The position numbers and the translations under genes are program-made. The notes under the pieces were generated by a model, which saw only the letters and a program-made list of their open reading frames with translations, had not been told where the DNA came from and did not search any database. 64,000 bases of DNA from Tubiluchus corallicola (Eukaryota > Animalia > Priapulida): positions 1 through 64,000 of the forward strand of contig JAQGDQ010000119.1 of assembly GCA_030141605.1 (NCBI GenBank), given 5' to 3'. This document shows positions 50,797-64,000 of the stretch, piece by piece. Every line of letters begins with the position of its first letter. The stretch's first letter is position 1.

Positions 50797-52189
50797 AAGA
50801 GTCCTGCATTGTGGCACACACGCGATTCCATCGAGACAGCCTACGCTCGTGCCGAAAAAAACATCATTTCCTTTCATTGGCAGGCTGTATAGTAATGATT
50901 TGATATACAATGGAGCAGGAAAGTTTAATCATACGAAGAGAGGCAAAGTGTTTGTCATGCTAATTTAGTAGCTCAAAGACACTACTTCAAAGAACTACTG
51001 CCGACCTCTGGCCTGAACATTAAGGGGCTAGAGGGCCCTATTTATGCCCCCAAAAGTCATTTAATTAAACATAGATAGGTTAAGATCATTTATCATCCAT
51101 ATTGATTCCTAGTGAGCCAATATTTAGAAAACACATATGGCAGCAATTTTGAACTGAACGTGACCTTGAGCAATGACTTTTAACAAGAACTCAAAAAGTT
51201 ATTTAATCAGACAAAGTTCGGCATGAAAAAAATCAATGGTTTTGGGTTCAGTAGAAGGTTGGTAATCAAAAAACATTAGTGACAGCAATTTTTTATGAAC
51301 AGAAGTAATTAACAGTAACGTTTTTCTACGGGTTACCAGTATTCGATTTATTGATAAATTGATCAGCAAGGGTCAAACTCGGCCAGAACGACGAGTAGAA
51401 TGATCCAGGCACAAAATCATCGTCACCAGCAATGTTCTTCTGAACGTTTATAAGAACAGTAAGGATGTTCTGGGCTCCTGGACAACGAAATGATAGGTTT
51501 TGATTTTACGGAGATGAAATTAGTTCTCAAAATCCAGACCATAAGACAGGAGTAAACTGTAATGAAGCATTTAAACTCACGCATCTGGTTTTGCTTATCA
51601 GAGATTTCCCGTGGAATAATCCTGTAAATCGTCAAGCTAAGAAGCTTACACGGATTTACAGGAAAGAATTCTACGCATGCGCTAATTCCTAGTACAGTAT
51701 TCTATGGTGAAAAAGTTTTTTTGACTGTGCTCCACATCTCTGGAATAACTACTACTACGCATGCTTTCGTTTAACAGATTTTAAGACTTCTTTGTACTTT
51801 GCATTTATTCATTCTAACAGAAAACGAAAATCAAAAAACGAAATAATAAAATAATTAACAAAATACATTGGACAATGCAAGAACAAATTTACCGGTTACT
51901 AAAAGTTAAAAATGAAAAGTCCCTTGACTTTGGGTTCTAAAGGTGAACGGTCAAGGTTAAAGATTGAAAATACCTATGATGTCAGAATAAATGGGGGTAT
52001 AATCACTAAATCGCCTAGTGTAACTCACTGAAAGTTGTGTGCATTAGCTTAAAACACACTGATTTTGAGGTCAAGAAATCACAAGTCAAGGTCACGAGGT
52101 CATATATTTGTGTGTTGCACATTTTTGATTGTCAAGTCATGAGTCTGCGTTTGGGGCTTTGGCCTTGACCTCATTCTAGTTGCTCAACA

Positions 52190-52540
52190 GAAAGAGGAGA
52201 AAAAAGAGAAGAAAGCTCATAAGAGGATACAAAGCTACAGAAGAGAGAACAGAAGAGGTAAAGAGAAGAGGGGAAAGGCGAGGAGAGAAGAGGAGAAGAG
52301 AAGAGAGAGGAATAGAAGAGCAGATAAAGAATGAAAACAAGAAAAGGAGAAACAAAAGAAATAAAGAGAACAGGAAAGTAATGAGGACATGGAAGACGAA
52401 AATAGGAAAGAAGAGATAAAGAAAAGGAGAAACATAACAAAGAGGAAAAACAGACAGAGAGGAGATGGGAAGAGAAGCGAAAAGGAGAAATGTAAGAAAT
52501 AAAAAGTGACTAGGAAAAGAGTGGAAAGAGAAAAGAAAAG
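52190..52540. repeat. GA-rich low-complexity tract
   Basis: Nearly pure purine on the + strand. Confidence 0.8.
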
Positions 52541-53458
52541 ATTTGCCTTCAGTGCCACTTTGTTTATCCACCCTTTCTTTTTGTTAACGTTGCAGTTGCT
52601 TTTACAGGAAAACTCAATTACGGGTAAATACGCGTTCTCCAGTTGCTCGTGAAATTGTTTCTTTTAAGCAAAATGGGTTTCAATCGTTGCATTTTAAATG
52701 AGGAACAATTTACCGCTGCAGTTGTTTTTGCGAGTAAAATTGACTACATTTCTCATCTTCGCCTAGACGACTTGGCGTTCATTGCATAACGAAGTCACAA
52801 TATGTAGGACATAGTCAGAATGTGTACGGCATAGTCAGAATGTGCATGGCATAGTCAGAAGGTACACGACATCGTCGGAATATGTATGACATAGTCAGAA
52901 GGTGTACGACATAGTTAGAATGTGTATGACATAGTAAGAATGTGTCGGCACAGTCAGAACTTGTATAACATAGTTAGAATGTGTGTGACGTAGTCAGAAT
53001 GCGTATGACGTAACAAGAATGTGTACGGCATAGTTAGAATGTGTAGGACCTAGTCATAATGTGTAGGACATAGTCCGAATGTGTAGGACCTAGTCACAAT
53101 GTGTAGGACATAGTCAGAATGTGTACGACATAGTCAGAATGCGTACGACATAGTCAGAATGTGTACGACATTGTCAGAATGCGTGGGACATAGTCAAATA
53201 TGTTACATGTACGACCTAGTCAAAATATGTACGACATAGTCAGAGTGTGTACGACAGTCAGAATGTGTACGACCTAGTCATAATGTGTAAGACATAGTCA
53301 GAATGTGTAGGACATAGTCAGCATGTGTGTGACACTGTCAGAATGTGTACGACCTAGTCATAATGTGTAGGACATAGTCAGAATGTGTAGGACATAGTCA
53401 GCGTGTGTGTGACACAGTCAAAATGTGTACGACCTAGTCATAGGACCTAGTCCTAGTC

Positions 53459-55082
53459 TCACTATCGCGTTCTTTTTAATTCGGTTGATAATGGAAATTT
53501 GGAGGAGCAGCTGCACCGGGCCCTTGCAGAAGATATGCATATTATACCCAAGTTTACTGTTAAAGAGGTGCAAGATGCAATCGGCACACTAACTTTGCAT
53601 AAATCTGCAGGTCCTGATGGTATACAGGTCGAACATTTTAAGTATTCTTCCTCAATGTTACCGGTTCTTTTATCCTTGTTGTTTAGCTCCTGTTTGATTC
53701 ACGGCTTTCTTCCTGAATCGCTAATGATGTCTGTATTAATTCCTCTAGTAAAGGATAAAAATAAAGATATTACGGATGCAAATAACTATAGGCCAATTGC
53801 ACTAGCTTCTATTGCCAGCAAAATATTCGAAATTTTATTACTTAACAGATACAAACAGTATATTCAAACAACTCCTAATCAGTTTGGCTATGTAGAAAAA
53901 CTTGGCACTGAAATTTGCATAAACACATTAAAGGAGATCATTGACTACTACATTAGTCGTGATAGCTCTGTTTACATTGTTTTTATCGACGCGTCAAAGG
54001 CATTTGATAGGGTTAATTTCTTCAAGCTTTTTCTTAAACTCACAAAGACTTCAATCCCGAATATTGTAATCCGCTTGCTCACATTTTATTACACGCAGCA
54101 AGGCATGTCTGTCAGGTGGGGACATAGTCAGTCTACAACTTTTAATATTGGAAATGGAGTACGCCAAGGTGGCAAGATGTCACCATTTCTTTTTAAATTT
54201 TATTTTAAAGATCTAAGTGTGAAGCTTTCATCCACCCAACTTGGTTGCAATGTGTCGAACATGGTTATGAACCACCTGATGTACGCTGACGATGTTTGTT
54301 TGTTAGCAACAACGATTACGGCCCTACAGCAACTACTAAACGTGTATAAATTGTATGCTGAACAGTATGACATAAAAATCAATGTAGCTAAAACTAAACT
54401 TATGTCTGTTAATTCAAACATCATGAGAAATTTTATGTTTGGTAACATCAAACTAGATAATAATGTTTTACGTACCTGTGATAGTGAAAAATATTTGGGA
54501 CATATTATTTCAAATGATAACCGAGATGACCTTGACATTATTAATCAAAGATCCCTATACTACTGTCGCACAAACCAACTTATTAGAAAATTCAGCTATG
54601 GTTCTGTTGATGTTAAAAGATATCTATTTAATGCTTACTGTAATACATTCTATTGCATGTCTACTTGGATGCATATCTATTTTAATAATGGTAATATCTT
54701 AAAACTCAAAATTGCGCACAATGTGTCAAAAAGATTATTTTTCGGATATGCATATGATTACAGTGCTCGTGAGATGAGTGTTGAAATTCACGTGATGTAT
54801 TTTGATGTATTACGTAGAAAATCTGTCTTAAGTTTAATAAAAAGATTTGATACTAGTGATAATTTAATGTGCCAGAAAATTTTAGTAAGCGATGCCAAAT
54901 TTACATCGCACATAAGACAGCAATGGTGGAGACTATTATTGTAATTTTCATGTTTATTTAAGTTTGTGTGTGATTTGTTTGTAGTTTTTTTTTGTTTTTA
55001 TGATGTATGTTGTATATATGTAAACTTATGTTTGAATATGAACTTATGTTTGAAATAAAGAATTAAATCAAATCAATCAAAA
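53459..55082 (+). mobile_element. 5'-truncated non-LTR retrotransposon (RTE group, RTEX/Proto2-like)
   Basis: RT ORF, T-rich 3' UTR, AATAAA and an (AATC)-type tail; clade assignment tentative. Confidence 0.88.
53460..54944 (+). CDS. LINE ORF2 reverse transcriptase domain (endonuclease missing)
   Basis: KSAGPDGI, NYRPIAL, FIDASKAFDRV, GVRQGG..SP.LF, YADD, KYLG; frame open back to the insertion junction. Confidence 0.9.
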   Translation, partial: HYRVLFNSVDNGNLEEQLHRALAEDMHIIPKFTVKEVQDAIGTLTLHKSAGPDGIQVEHFKYSSSMLPVLLSLLFSSCLIHGFLPESLMMSVLIPLVKDKNKDITDANNYRPIALASIASKIFEILLLNRYKQYIQTTPNQFGYVEKLGTEICINTLKEIIDYYISRDSSVYIVFIDASKAFDRVNFFKLFLKLTKTSIPNIVIRLLTFYYTQQGMSVRWGHSQSTTFNIGNGVRQGGKMSPFLFKFYFKDLSVKLSSTQLGCNVSNMVMNHLMYADDVCLLATTITALQQLLNVYKLYAEQYDIKINVAKTKLMSVNSNIMRNFMFGNIKLDNNVLRTCDSEKYLGHIISNDNRDDLDIINQRSLYYCRTNQLIRKFSYGSVDVKRYLFNAYCNTFYCMSTWMHIYFNNGNILKLKIAHNVSKRLFFGYAYDYSAREMSVEIHVMYFDVLRRKSVLSLIKRFDTSDNLMCQKILVSDAKFTSHIRQQWWRLLL

Positions 55083-55734
55083 TCATAATGTGTACGACAT
55101 AGTCAGAATGTGTAGGACATAGTCAGAATGTGTACGACATAGTCAGAATGCGTCGGACACAGTCAGAGTGTGTACGACATAGTCAGAATGTGTCGGACAT
55201 AGTCAGAGTATGTACGACATAGTCAGAATGTGTGTGACACAATCAGAATGTGTACGACCTAGTCATAATGTGTAGGACATAGTCAGAATGTGTAGGACAT
55301 AGTCAGCATGTGTGTGACACAGTCAGATTATGTACGACCTAGTCATAATGTGTACGACATAGTCATAATGTGTAGGACATAGTCAGAATGCGTACAACAT
55401 AGTCAAAATGCGTGTGACACAGTCATGTGTACGACATAGTCAGAATGCGTACAACATAGTCAGAATATGTGTGACACAGTCAGAATGTGTACGACCTAGT
55501 CATAATGTGTATGACATAGTCAGCAAAGTACATACACAGCAAAGTACACACAATGGTGACACTGTCAAACATGAATTTTAACATTTAATGATTATAATCT
55601 CATGACATGTTTGGCGACAATAACAATGGAGCTGCTGGTGCTGGTGCTGGTGCTGCTACTGCTGTTGTTTCTGCCATTGATGATAATGATGATATTGTTG
55701 TTGTTGTGAAATCACTGCTGTTGTTGCTGTTGTT

Positions 55735-55782
<48 letters not shown>

Positions 55783-56429
55783 CCCTGGTTACAGTTTGTG
55801 CTTGTAATTTAAATTGCAAAGGCTTAACATTAACTTAAACTTCTTTCCTGTCTTTACTTGCTGGAAAGCTAATACGCACATGAGCACAATTAACATCCAT
55901 TAGCTTTGAAAATCGTTCGGTAATTAAATTTAATTATGATAATATATTCATGATTAAGCGCTAATGAACAGCGAATTGAGTGATTAAAATATGCTGGGAC
56001 TGCACAGTAATTTTCATAATGGCTGTACAAAAAATGTTGATTCTCGTGAGAGACTCTTCAGTAAAGAAGTTTGAGTTTACTCAGGATCGGATTAAGACCT
56101 CAAGAGCCCCTAAGCACTAAAAAGATGATGGTACCCCATACGATCAAAACAAAAACAGTACTAATCTCATGAATGAAATATATCTTTCGAAATGAAAAAG
56201 TCATGCTGTAAGATTTATTTGCAGTAAATGTTAGGGCATCAGTTTTACATTGTACAAAAAAGTTAAAAGTACAGAGACGACTCTAAATCTTATAAAGGGA
56301 CGGCCGATCAACATATTTACATGCAAATTGGATACCAGTAAACACTAAGAGCAACTTGTAACAAAAGATCAGAATAATATACAAGGAACAAAACTTATCC
56401 TGGCAAACACTTCCATTTTCATTTCTTAA

Positions 56430-57047
56430 AGGACAGGGGGATTTTTCATATACTACCCCATTTTCAGGTCCGATAAAAAGTATACATTTTAACACAATTA
56501 ATACAGCAAGAGCGTTTCTGATAATCAAATAATAGATTAAAAACTTAATTCATGGCATCGCTCGAGCCCAACTATTTAATGACATCACAAACTAACATAA
56601 TTTTCAGCGGCAAAAAATTCCATGAGGGTGTTGAACGTGTTTGAGAAAGTGGAAATTAAAGTACAGTGTTACTGTAAGATATTCAGTGTGTTGTACTAAA
56701 ACTAGGCAAGTTTTAAGATAAAGATTAAAGTTTCAAATTTACCACTGTGCTCACGCATAAGCTGATGAACGTGTGTAGTTCGTCACAAACAAACACGTAT
56801 GAACTGAGAGGTAGAGCACCTGTTATTTGTGCAACGCGTTCTTGAAATGCAGGCGCTAGTGCCCATCTAACTAGCAAATGGCGAAATGCATGTAACAGCA
56901 AAGAACTAGTCGCACGAACGCAAAATTGTGTTTATATGAAAATAATTCTTTCACGTAAGTCATTTTTGAAAAATAGTATGTTGCCTTTCAGTATTTTAAA
57001 GAGTACATTGTTTTGACCTACAGTTTAAGATTGGGTCCAATTTTGCT
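56430..57047 (-). mobile_element. Family A copy, full length
   Basis: TTAA TSDs; colinear with 39687-40320. Confidence 0.82.
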
Positions 57048-57444
57048 TTAAGGAAACCGATATGAATGAAAATTACAGAAATTTACTTAACAGTTTTTTA
57101 CAGAAATCGACGTTGGTCCATACAATAGTATAAACATTTTGTAATTTTTGTAATTTGTAATATTTATTTCCACTTCAAAACAAAATTTATCCAAAAAAAC
57201 ACCCAATCTCTACACAATACACATAATGTATATGTATTTATATGTATTATGTATATTCAAGGATGGTTTATGAACTTTTTTGGGCCCTGGGCTATTGAAA
57301 ATACCCCCCACCGCGCGCAGATGGGCGAACCTCAAACTTCTCCTCACCGGTCTTGAATACTGTAACTTGTGACAAATTTTAGCGACATTTACATAGCTTG
57401 AAATTAACTTATTGCAAATCTTTAAATGAACAAGAGTAGCTGTC

Positions 57445-58070
<626 letters not shown>

Positions 58071-58456
58071 TTCCATTTTACCGTAACGGCATTAACTTCA
58101 TTGTTTGATATACCCCCAACTTTTGTTTATGAATAAAACATTATTTAAGAAATACCACTATTTTACTATTAATTGCAAATCAAATCAGCGCAAATTTCAG
58201 TTATGAAAAAACGGATTTTCTTTTTACCAAACGTTACCAAACCTCGAGGGCCCCCAAGCTAGAGGGGCCCTAGACTACAGCCTGTAGGACAATCCGACTC
58301 TGTATATATTATATCCGTTCTGTCGTATTGTAAACAAACACAGAAACCGCCGCACGTATTCCAGTAAATTTTACTCTTGGTAATTATTTAATTTGAAACT
58401 GTGTGTGGGGCCTCTTCCCTCGAGGCCCTAAGCACGTGCCTATTTTGCTTAATTAA

Positions 58457-59117
58457 AGTACAAGAAAACCCTCCATTTACTTAACAAACTTAAAGCTTAA
58501 AAAACTCGTCTCGAAATTTTATACCATTCGCATACTATACCTTTTTGCATACTAGACTTACATTGGCAGTGATGCTGTATAAAACATGTAAATTCCCGCA
58601 ATGACTTTTTAAACGCAGCCATTTTGACGATAAGTCATTTGAAACAAGTTTAGATAACACTTTGTAAAGTTTGAAAACATAATCAGAGCATTTGTAGCGC
58701 ACGCGTCACTAAGAAAAATTTTAAATTACTGTATCTTGTCAATAAGATTAAAAATGCGTTTTTGATTAGGGAGTGGCGAACCTTGAAGGGTGAGTCAAAG
58801 ACATTTTATCAATTGGCACGAACATTTTAAATTATTATTTCTAGTTACACAAGTCTTTCCAGCAGGCTAGCGAAATACTAGGCATAACTTTGCACGGAAA
58901 ATTTTTTGGTCATAATTTAAGATTGTCTTTTCTTCCGCTGATTTACGTTGTGCGTATATGACGTCATGTAATGGCGCCGTCGGAACAGTATTGCGGGAGA
59001 TTTAAAATGAAAACAAACAAAATTTCTTTCAACGCGAGAACAATATATGTATGAAACTGCTGTAAAGAAATATAATTAATATTTCTAATTCAATTCAGGT
59101 ACCCCTTTTCTTGTCCT
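58457..59117 (+). mobile_element. Family C copy
   Basis: TTAA|AGTACAAGAAAA ... TTTTCTTGTCCT|TTAA. Confidence 0.82.
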
Positions 59118-59375
59118 TTAATGGTTAATCCAGGGCTGAATGTAGAGTCACAAATGAACTAATTATATCATTCTGTCTGGACAGTTTCCAATGACGCTTT
59201 AAATGACGATTTCATAATTTTGCAAGAAAATTTAACAAGGAAAATAGTAAAGCTATTTGAAAAAGGGCTAAGACGCCAGAAATTAATCATGTCGTACAAA
59301 CAAAACCACAAATGGTGGTTCAACAACCAGCTGTTATTAGTTAGTCGTACAGTCTGTCGGGCAGAAACTCGGCTC

Positions 59376-59645
59376 GTCAGTCAATCAGTCAGTCAGTCAG
59401 TCAGTCAATCAATACTAGTTATATGACGTTTCTTTAACTTTAGGTACAGCAACGCTAGCTTACGTAGTTAGCTTATGCTGTCCTAAACAGTCAGTCAGAC
59501 GGTGAGTCAGCTAATCGACTGGTCAATCAGCCTGCCTGTCTATCTGTCAGTCGGTCGGTCGGTCGGTTAGTCAGTCGGTTAGTCAGTCAGTCGGTCAGTC
59601 AGTCAGTCGGTCGGTCTGGCAGTCAGTCAGTCAGTCAGTCAATTA
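59376..59645. repeat. (GTCA/GTCG)n microsatellite clusters
   Basis: Direct inspection. Confidence 0.8.
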
Positions 59646-59945
59646 GTTATTACACGTTTATTTTAACACGTGTTTGTTCACCTGCAGAAATGTTTGCTTT
59701 CTCGGTTGTTTTATGCTGTCGTTAATCACGGTTGTAAAACCAATAAATAAAAACACGTCACTAATAGCCATACTGATTAATAATTCAAATGGTTGTGTCA
59801 AAGAGTTAAAAGCTTTATGAAAAAATTAGTGAAGCACTGAACCAGTGAAAATAGATGTGGAAGCCATTTAAAATGCTAAGATGAATCAATGTTTTATTCC
59901 ATGAAGCAGCAGTAAAAGCCTAATATGAGATGCTAATAACAAGAT

Positions 59946-60552
59946 AGCAAAACTGGACCCAATCTTAAACTGCAGGTCAAAACAATCTACTCTCTAAAAT
60001 ATTGAAAGGAAACATACTAGTTTTTCAAAAATGACTTACGTGAAAGAATTATTATCACACAAACACAAATTCACGGTCCCGCCACTAGTTCTTCGCTGTT
60101 ACATACATTTCACCATTCGCTAGTTAGATGGGCACTAGCGTCTGCATTTCAGAAACGAATTGTACAAAAACAGGTGTGTACCGCTCAGTTCAGATGCGTT
60201 AGTTTTTGACAAACGTTCGACAGCTCATGCGTGAGCACAGCAGCAAATTTGAAATTTGAATTTTTATCTTAAAACTTGCCTAGTTTTAGTACAACACACT
60301 GAATATCTTACAGTAGCACTGTACTTCAACTTTCATTTTCACAAACACCTGCAACGCGCTCATGGAATATTTTTGCTGTTGAAAATTGTCAGTTTGTGAT
60401 GTCATCGATACTTGGGCTCGCCCGCCGTTAATTAAGATTTTAATCACTTGTTTAATTATAAGAAGCGCTTTTGCAGTATTAATTGTGTTAAAATGTATAC
60501 TTTTTGTCGGACTTGAAAATGAGGTAGTATGTGAAAAACACCCTGTCTTCCT
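59946..60552 (+). mobile_element. Family A copy
   Basis: Colinear with 46438-47054. Confidence 0.8.
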
Positions 60553-61623
60553 TTGAACACATTCAATAATTAGGAAGGAAAGAAATAACAGCTTGTACTT
60601 TCAATTAAACCTACGTCACACACTAATATAACATGTTATAAATTTTATTGCCATAGTTTAGTCAACACATCACACCAACAGAAAATACACTTTGCTCAAC
60701 AATTGATAACTGACACAAACTTCAATATGCACTAAGTAAGACTAACCTATTTGCGACACTGTAGGTATCGCTGAATGAAAGATAATAATATAGTGGGAGT
60801 GACTACAGTTCCATACTATCTTCCTCCATTTTTCCTGTTTGTAGTACCAATAGCAGGACCAGTAGTAACAGTAGCAGTCGCAAAGGCAACAGCAACAGCA
60901 GTAATAGCAGTAGCAGTAGGAGCGGCAGCAGCAGCAGCAGCAGCAGCAGAAGCAGCAACAGCAGTAGCAGCAACAACAACAACAAGAACAACAACAGCAG
61001 CAGCAGCAGCAGCAGCAGTAGCAGTAGCAGCAATAGCTAGTGGTAGTAAATACAATAGTAATATCACAGCATCTTATTCATATCATCTACAGCTGCATCA
61101 TCACGAAGCTTTTGATAAGCTGTTCTCTCTCTCTACTATGAAACCGTACAGCTGCATACCCGTCAGCTTCTGCTTACACAAAGCTTCTCTTCCTCGGGCA
61201 AAAAGCAAACAATTTTCAGCAGCCAATATTTTGCTGAAGAAACTCGCTGGTCGGTTTTATTCAAACTTCATTTCTTTATCGGCAAAATTTTATGAGAGTT
61301 ACAGCGTCAAGATTATGAAGAAATTAACTGCTTTTGTGGCTCGTTCGGCTACCCATACAAACACGATATCCGTTGCTTTTTCGACACATAGAGGCGCAAT
61401 TTCGATCTTTAACACATCGAAATTTATGGCAGTAAGTACGTAAACGAACAATTGTCAAGAATTTAGCAAGCAAATTTGCATGAAAGAAGGGATGTTGTAA
61501 GAAAAATTCGATCAACACTCTAACAGATCAACAGATGAGGATTTTTACATCTGCAAAATTTTCGTTTTTCTTTTTAATTGAATTTCATTTTGCGTAGTGC
61601 CAGCAATTTCCTACGTCATGACT

Positions 61624-62536
<913 letters not shown>

Positions 62537-62972
62537 GTAAACCGTTCACTAGAGCCCAAGGTGACGAAAAACCCTGTATCAACGTATGTTCGCCCTCGCA
62601 AGTCTTTTTCCAATTATGCCTGCGCCTGTCCTGAATGGAACCGCCCCTTTATCTTGCGAAATTGCTCTGGTGGCGTAATTTACAAATGTTGCCAAAGTCA
62701 CAAGCATGTTGCCATGTTTATGCCAAAAAAGTTTATGGCTTCCGCAATTTTAATAGCGGTGGTTTCATCAGGCAAATGTCTCTGTTTGCGAATTGCGCCT
62801 TGAAGAATTTACAATCGCATGAAGCCATTGAGACAGAATGCATTTCATCAAAATAAAGGCTTCATGTCAAAAGCACGTGGAATCGCTCAGAGGCCTGTTT
62901 GGTTAAAGGGGGAAGAAAAGGGAATTTTAAAGTGTATTCCAAAAAACTTTCCATGCAATATTCTATTAGCAT

Positions 62973-63200
62973 TAAGAGGGTACTTAGTACATCCACGTCA
63001 TCACGTGAAGCCACTACTGGCAAAAATTTACTTTAACCGACCCTTCTGACCTTGACCTTTCGAAACAAAAATCATTGGATTTACAGTTCGTCACACGACA
63101 TATCCCTGTACCAGGTTCGGTGAATGTTGCTTCATTATTTTGTTTTTATTGTGTAGACAGACGTACAGACAGCTGATGTCGTCCCCCATCGCTACGCTAG
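62973..63200 (+). mobile_element. Helentron/HINE-like short repeat followed by a GAT-rich tract to ~63510
   Basis: AAGAG start, TGACCTTGACCTT, TACCAGGTTCGGTGAA and GACAGACGTACAGACA motifs; an inverted relative with similar motifs lies at ~51920-52180. Confidence 0.45.
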
Positions 63201-63316
63201 AAATGATGATGAGGTCGATGATGATGTTGATTATGACAATGATGATGATGATGATGATGATAGTGATGACGATGATGATCACGATCATGATGGTGATGAC
63301 GACGACGACGGCGACA

Positions 63317-63359
<43 letters not shown>

Positions 63360-64000
63360 CGATGGTGGAAGTGGTGGTGGTAGTGATGATGATGATGATG
63401 ACAACGATGATTACAACAACTATGATGAGAAAGAGGAAGATGATGGTGATGACGACAATTGTGGAGGCAGTGTCGGTGTTGGTGTTGGTGGTGGTGGCGG
63501 CAGCGGTATGGTGATAACGATTGTGATGCAGTATAGTATCTGTACTCTTTTCTCTTCCTAACAACTCTTTCAATTGCAGTTTACTGACCCTTCTGACTTT
63601 GTGTGAGTGCATCTTACTAAACTAGCTTTCATCAGTAACACAGCTGCCGTGAAATCTTCATCGATTTCTGCTTAACCTGGACGCACACAGGAGCCGCAAT
63701 GAAATAACAGCTATAATGTGATTGATAATTATTGTGCACACTACAGTTCACGCCATGCCATGTCTACTGTATTAGCCAGCCGCTTCTATGACTTTATAGT
63801 TTAGACCATAGTTCAATAACTCTTGTTGACTTAGAATCCCGGGCAACATTCTTTGTTACAGGCACAGGTATAGTTAGCTGCTTCAGTGAGTGTGATTTTT
63901 AAAACTAATGTTGTTGGAGACATTGATGTTGTTGCAAGAGCTGTTAACTTGGACCAAAGTTTCACTCAATACAATCTAGCATCAGTACTCAGCTGTAGCA

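Larger units (their letters stand above)
52793..55523. repeat. 20-bp minisatellite split by a LINE (arms ~52793-53458 and 55083-55523)
   Basis: Unit GACATAGTCAGAATGTGTAC on both sides of the insertion. Confidence 0.93.

Noticed and set aside
60775-61443. 222-aa Ala-rich ORF
   Set aside because: First half is (GCA/ACA/GTA)n microsatellite; the rest has no recognisable protein features.

Overview
AT-rich, repeat-dense nuclear DNA from an invertebrate animal, probably bilaterian (inferred from GT-AG introns and the transposon families). Host genes: (1) seven + strand exons of COG8 (9333-22548; 5' exons probably lie upstream of the window), whose last exon adds a ~530-aa acidic tail built on a 51-bp/17-aa coding minisatellite; (2) a two-coding-exon mitochondrial-type alanyl-tRNA synthetase (25977-30121, 985 aa, 2.6-kb second exon); (3) an unrecognised 205-aa two-TM protein on the - strand (35937-36554). 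Mobile DNA: a young Ty3/Gypsy (Mag-like) LTR element with a 680-bp internal tandem duplication, a 5'-truncated LINE inside a 20-bp minisatellite, a hAT transposase relic whose dimerisation motif has expanded into a 14x45-bp array, a Penelope GIY-YIG remnant, and many nested non-autonomous DNA elements, plus mini- and microsatellites. No CRISPR, rRNA or bona fide tRNA was seen. I could not support a new multi-gene system; the best leads are in findings. All alignments were made by eye, so repeat boundaries are approximate unless TSDs are quoted.
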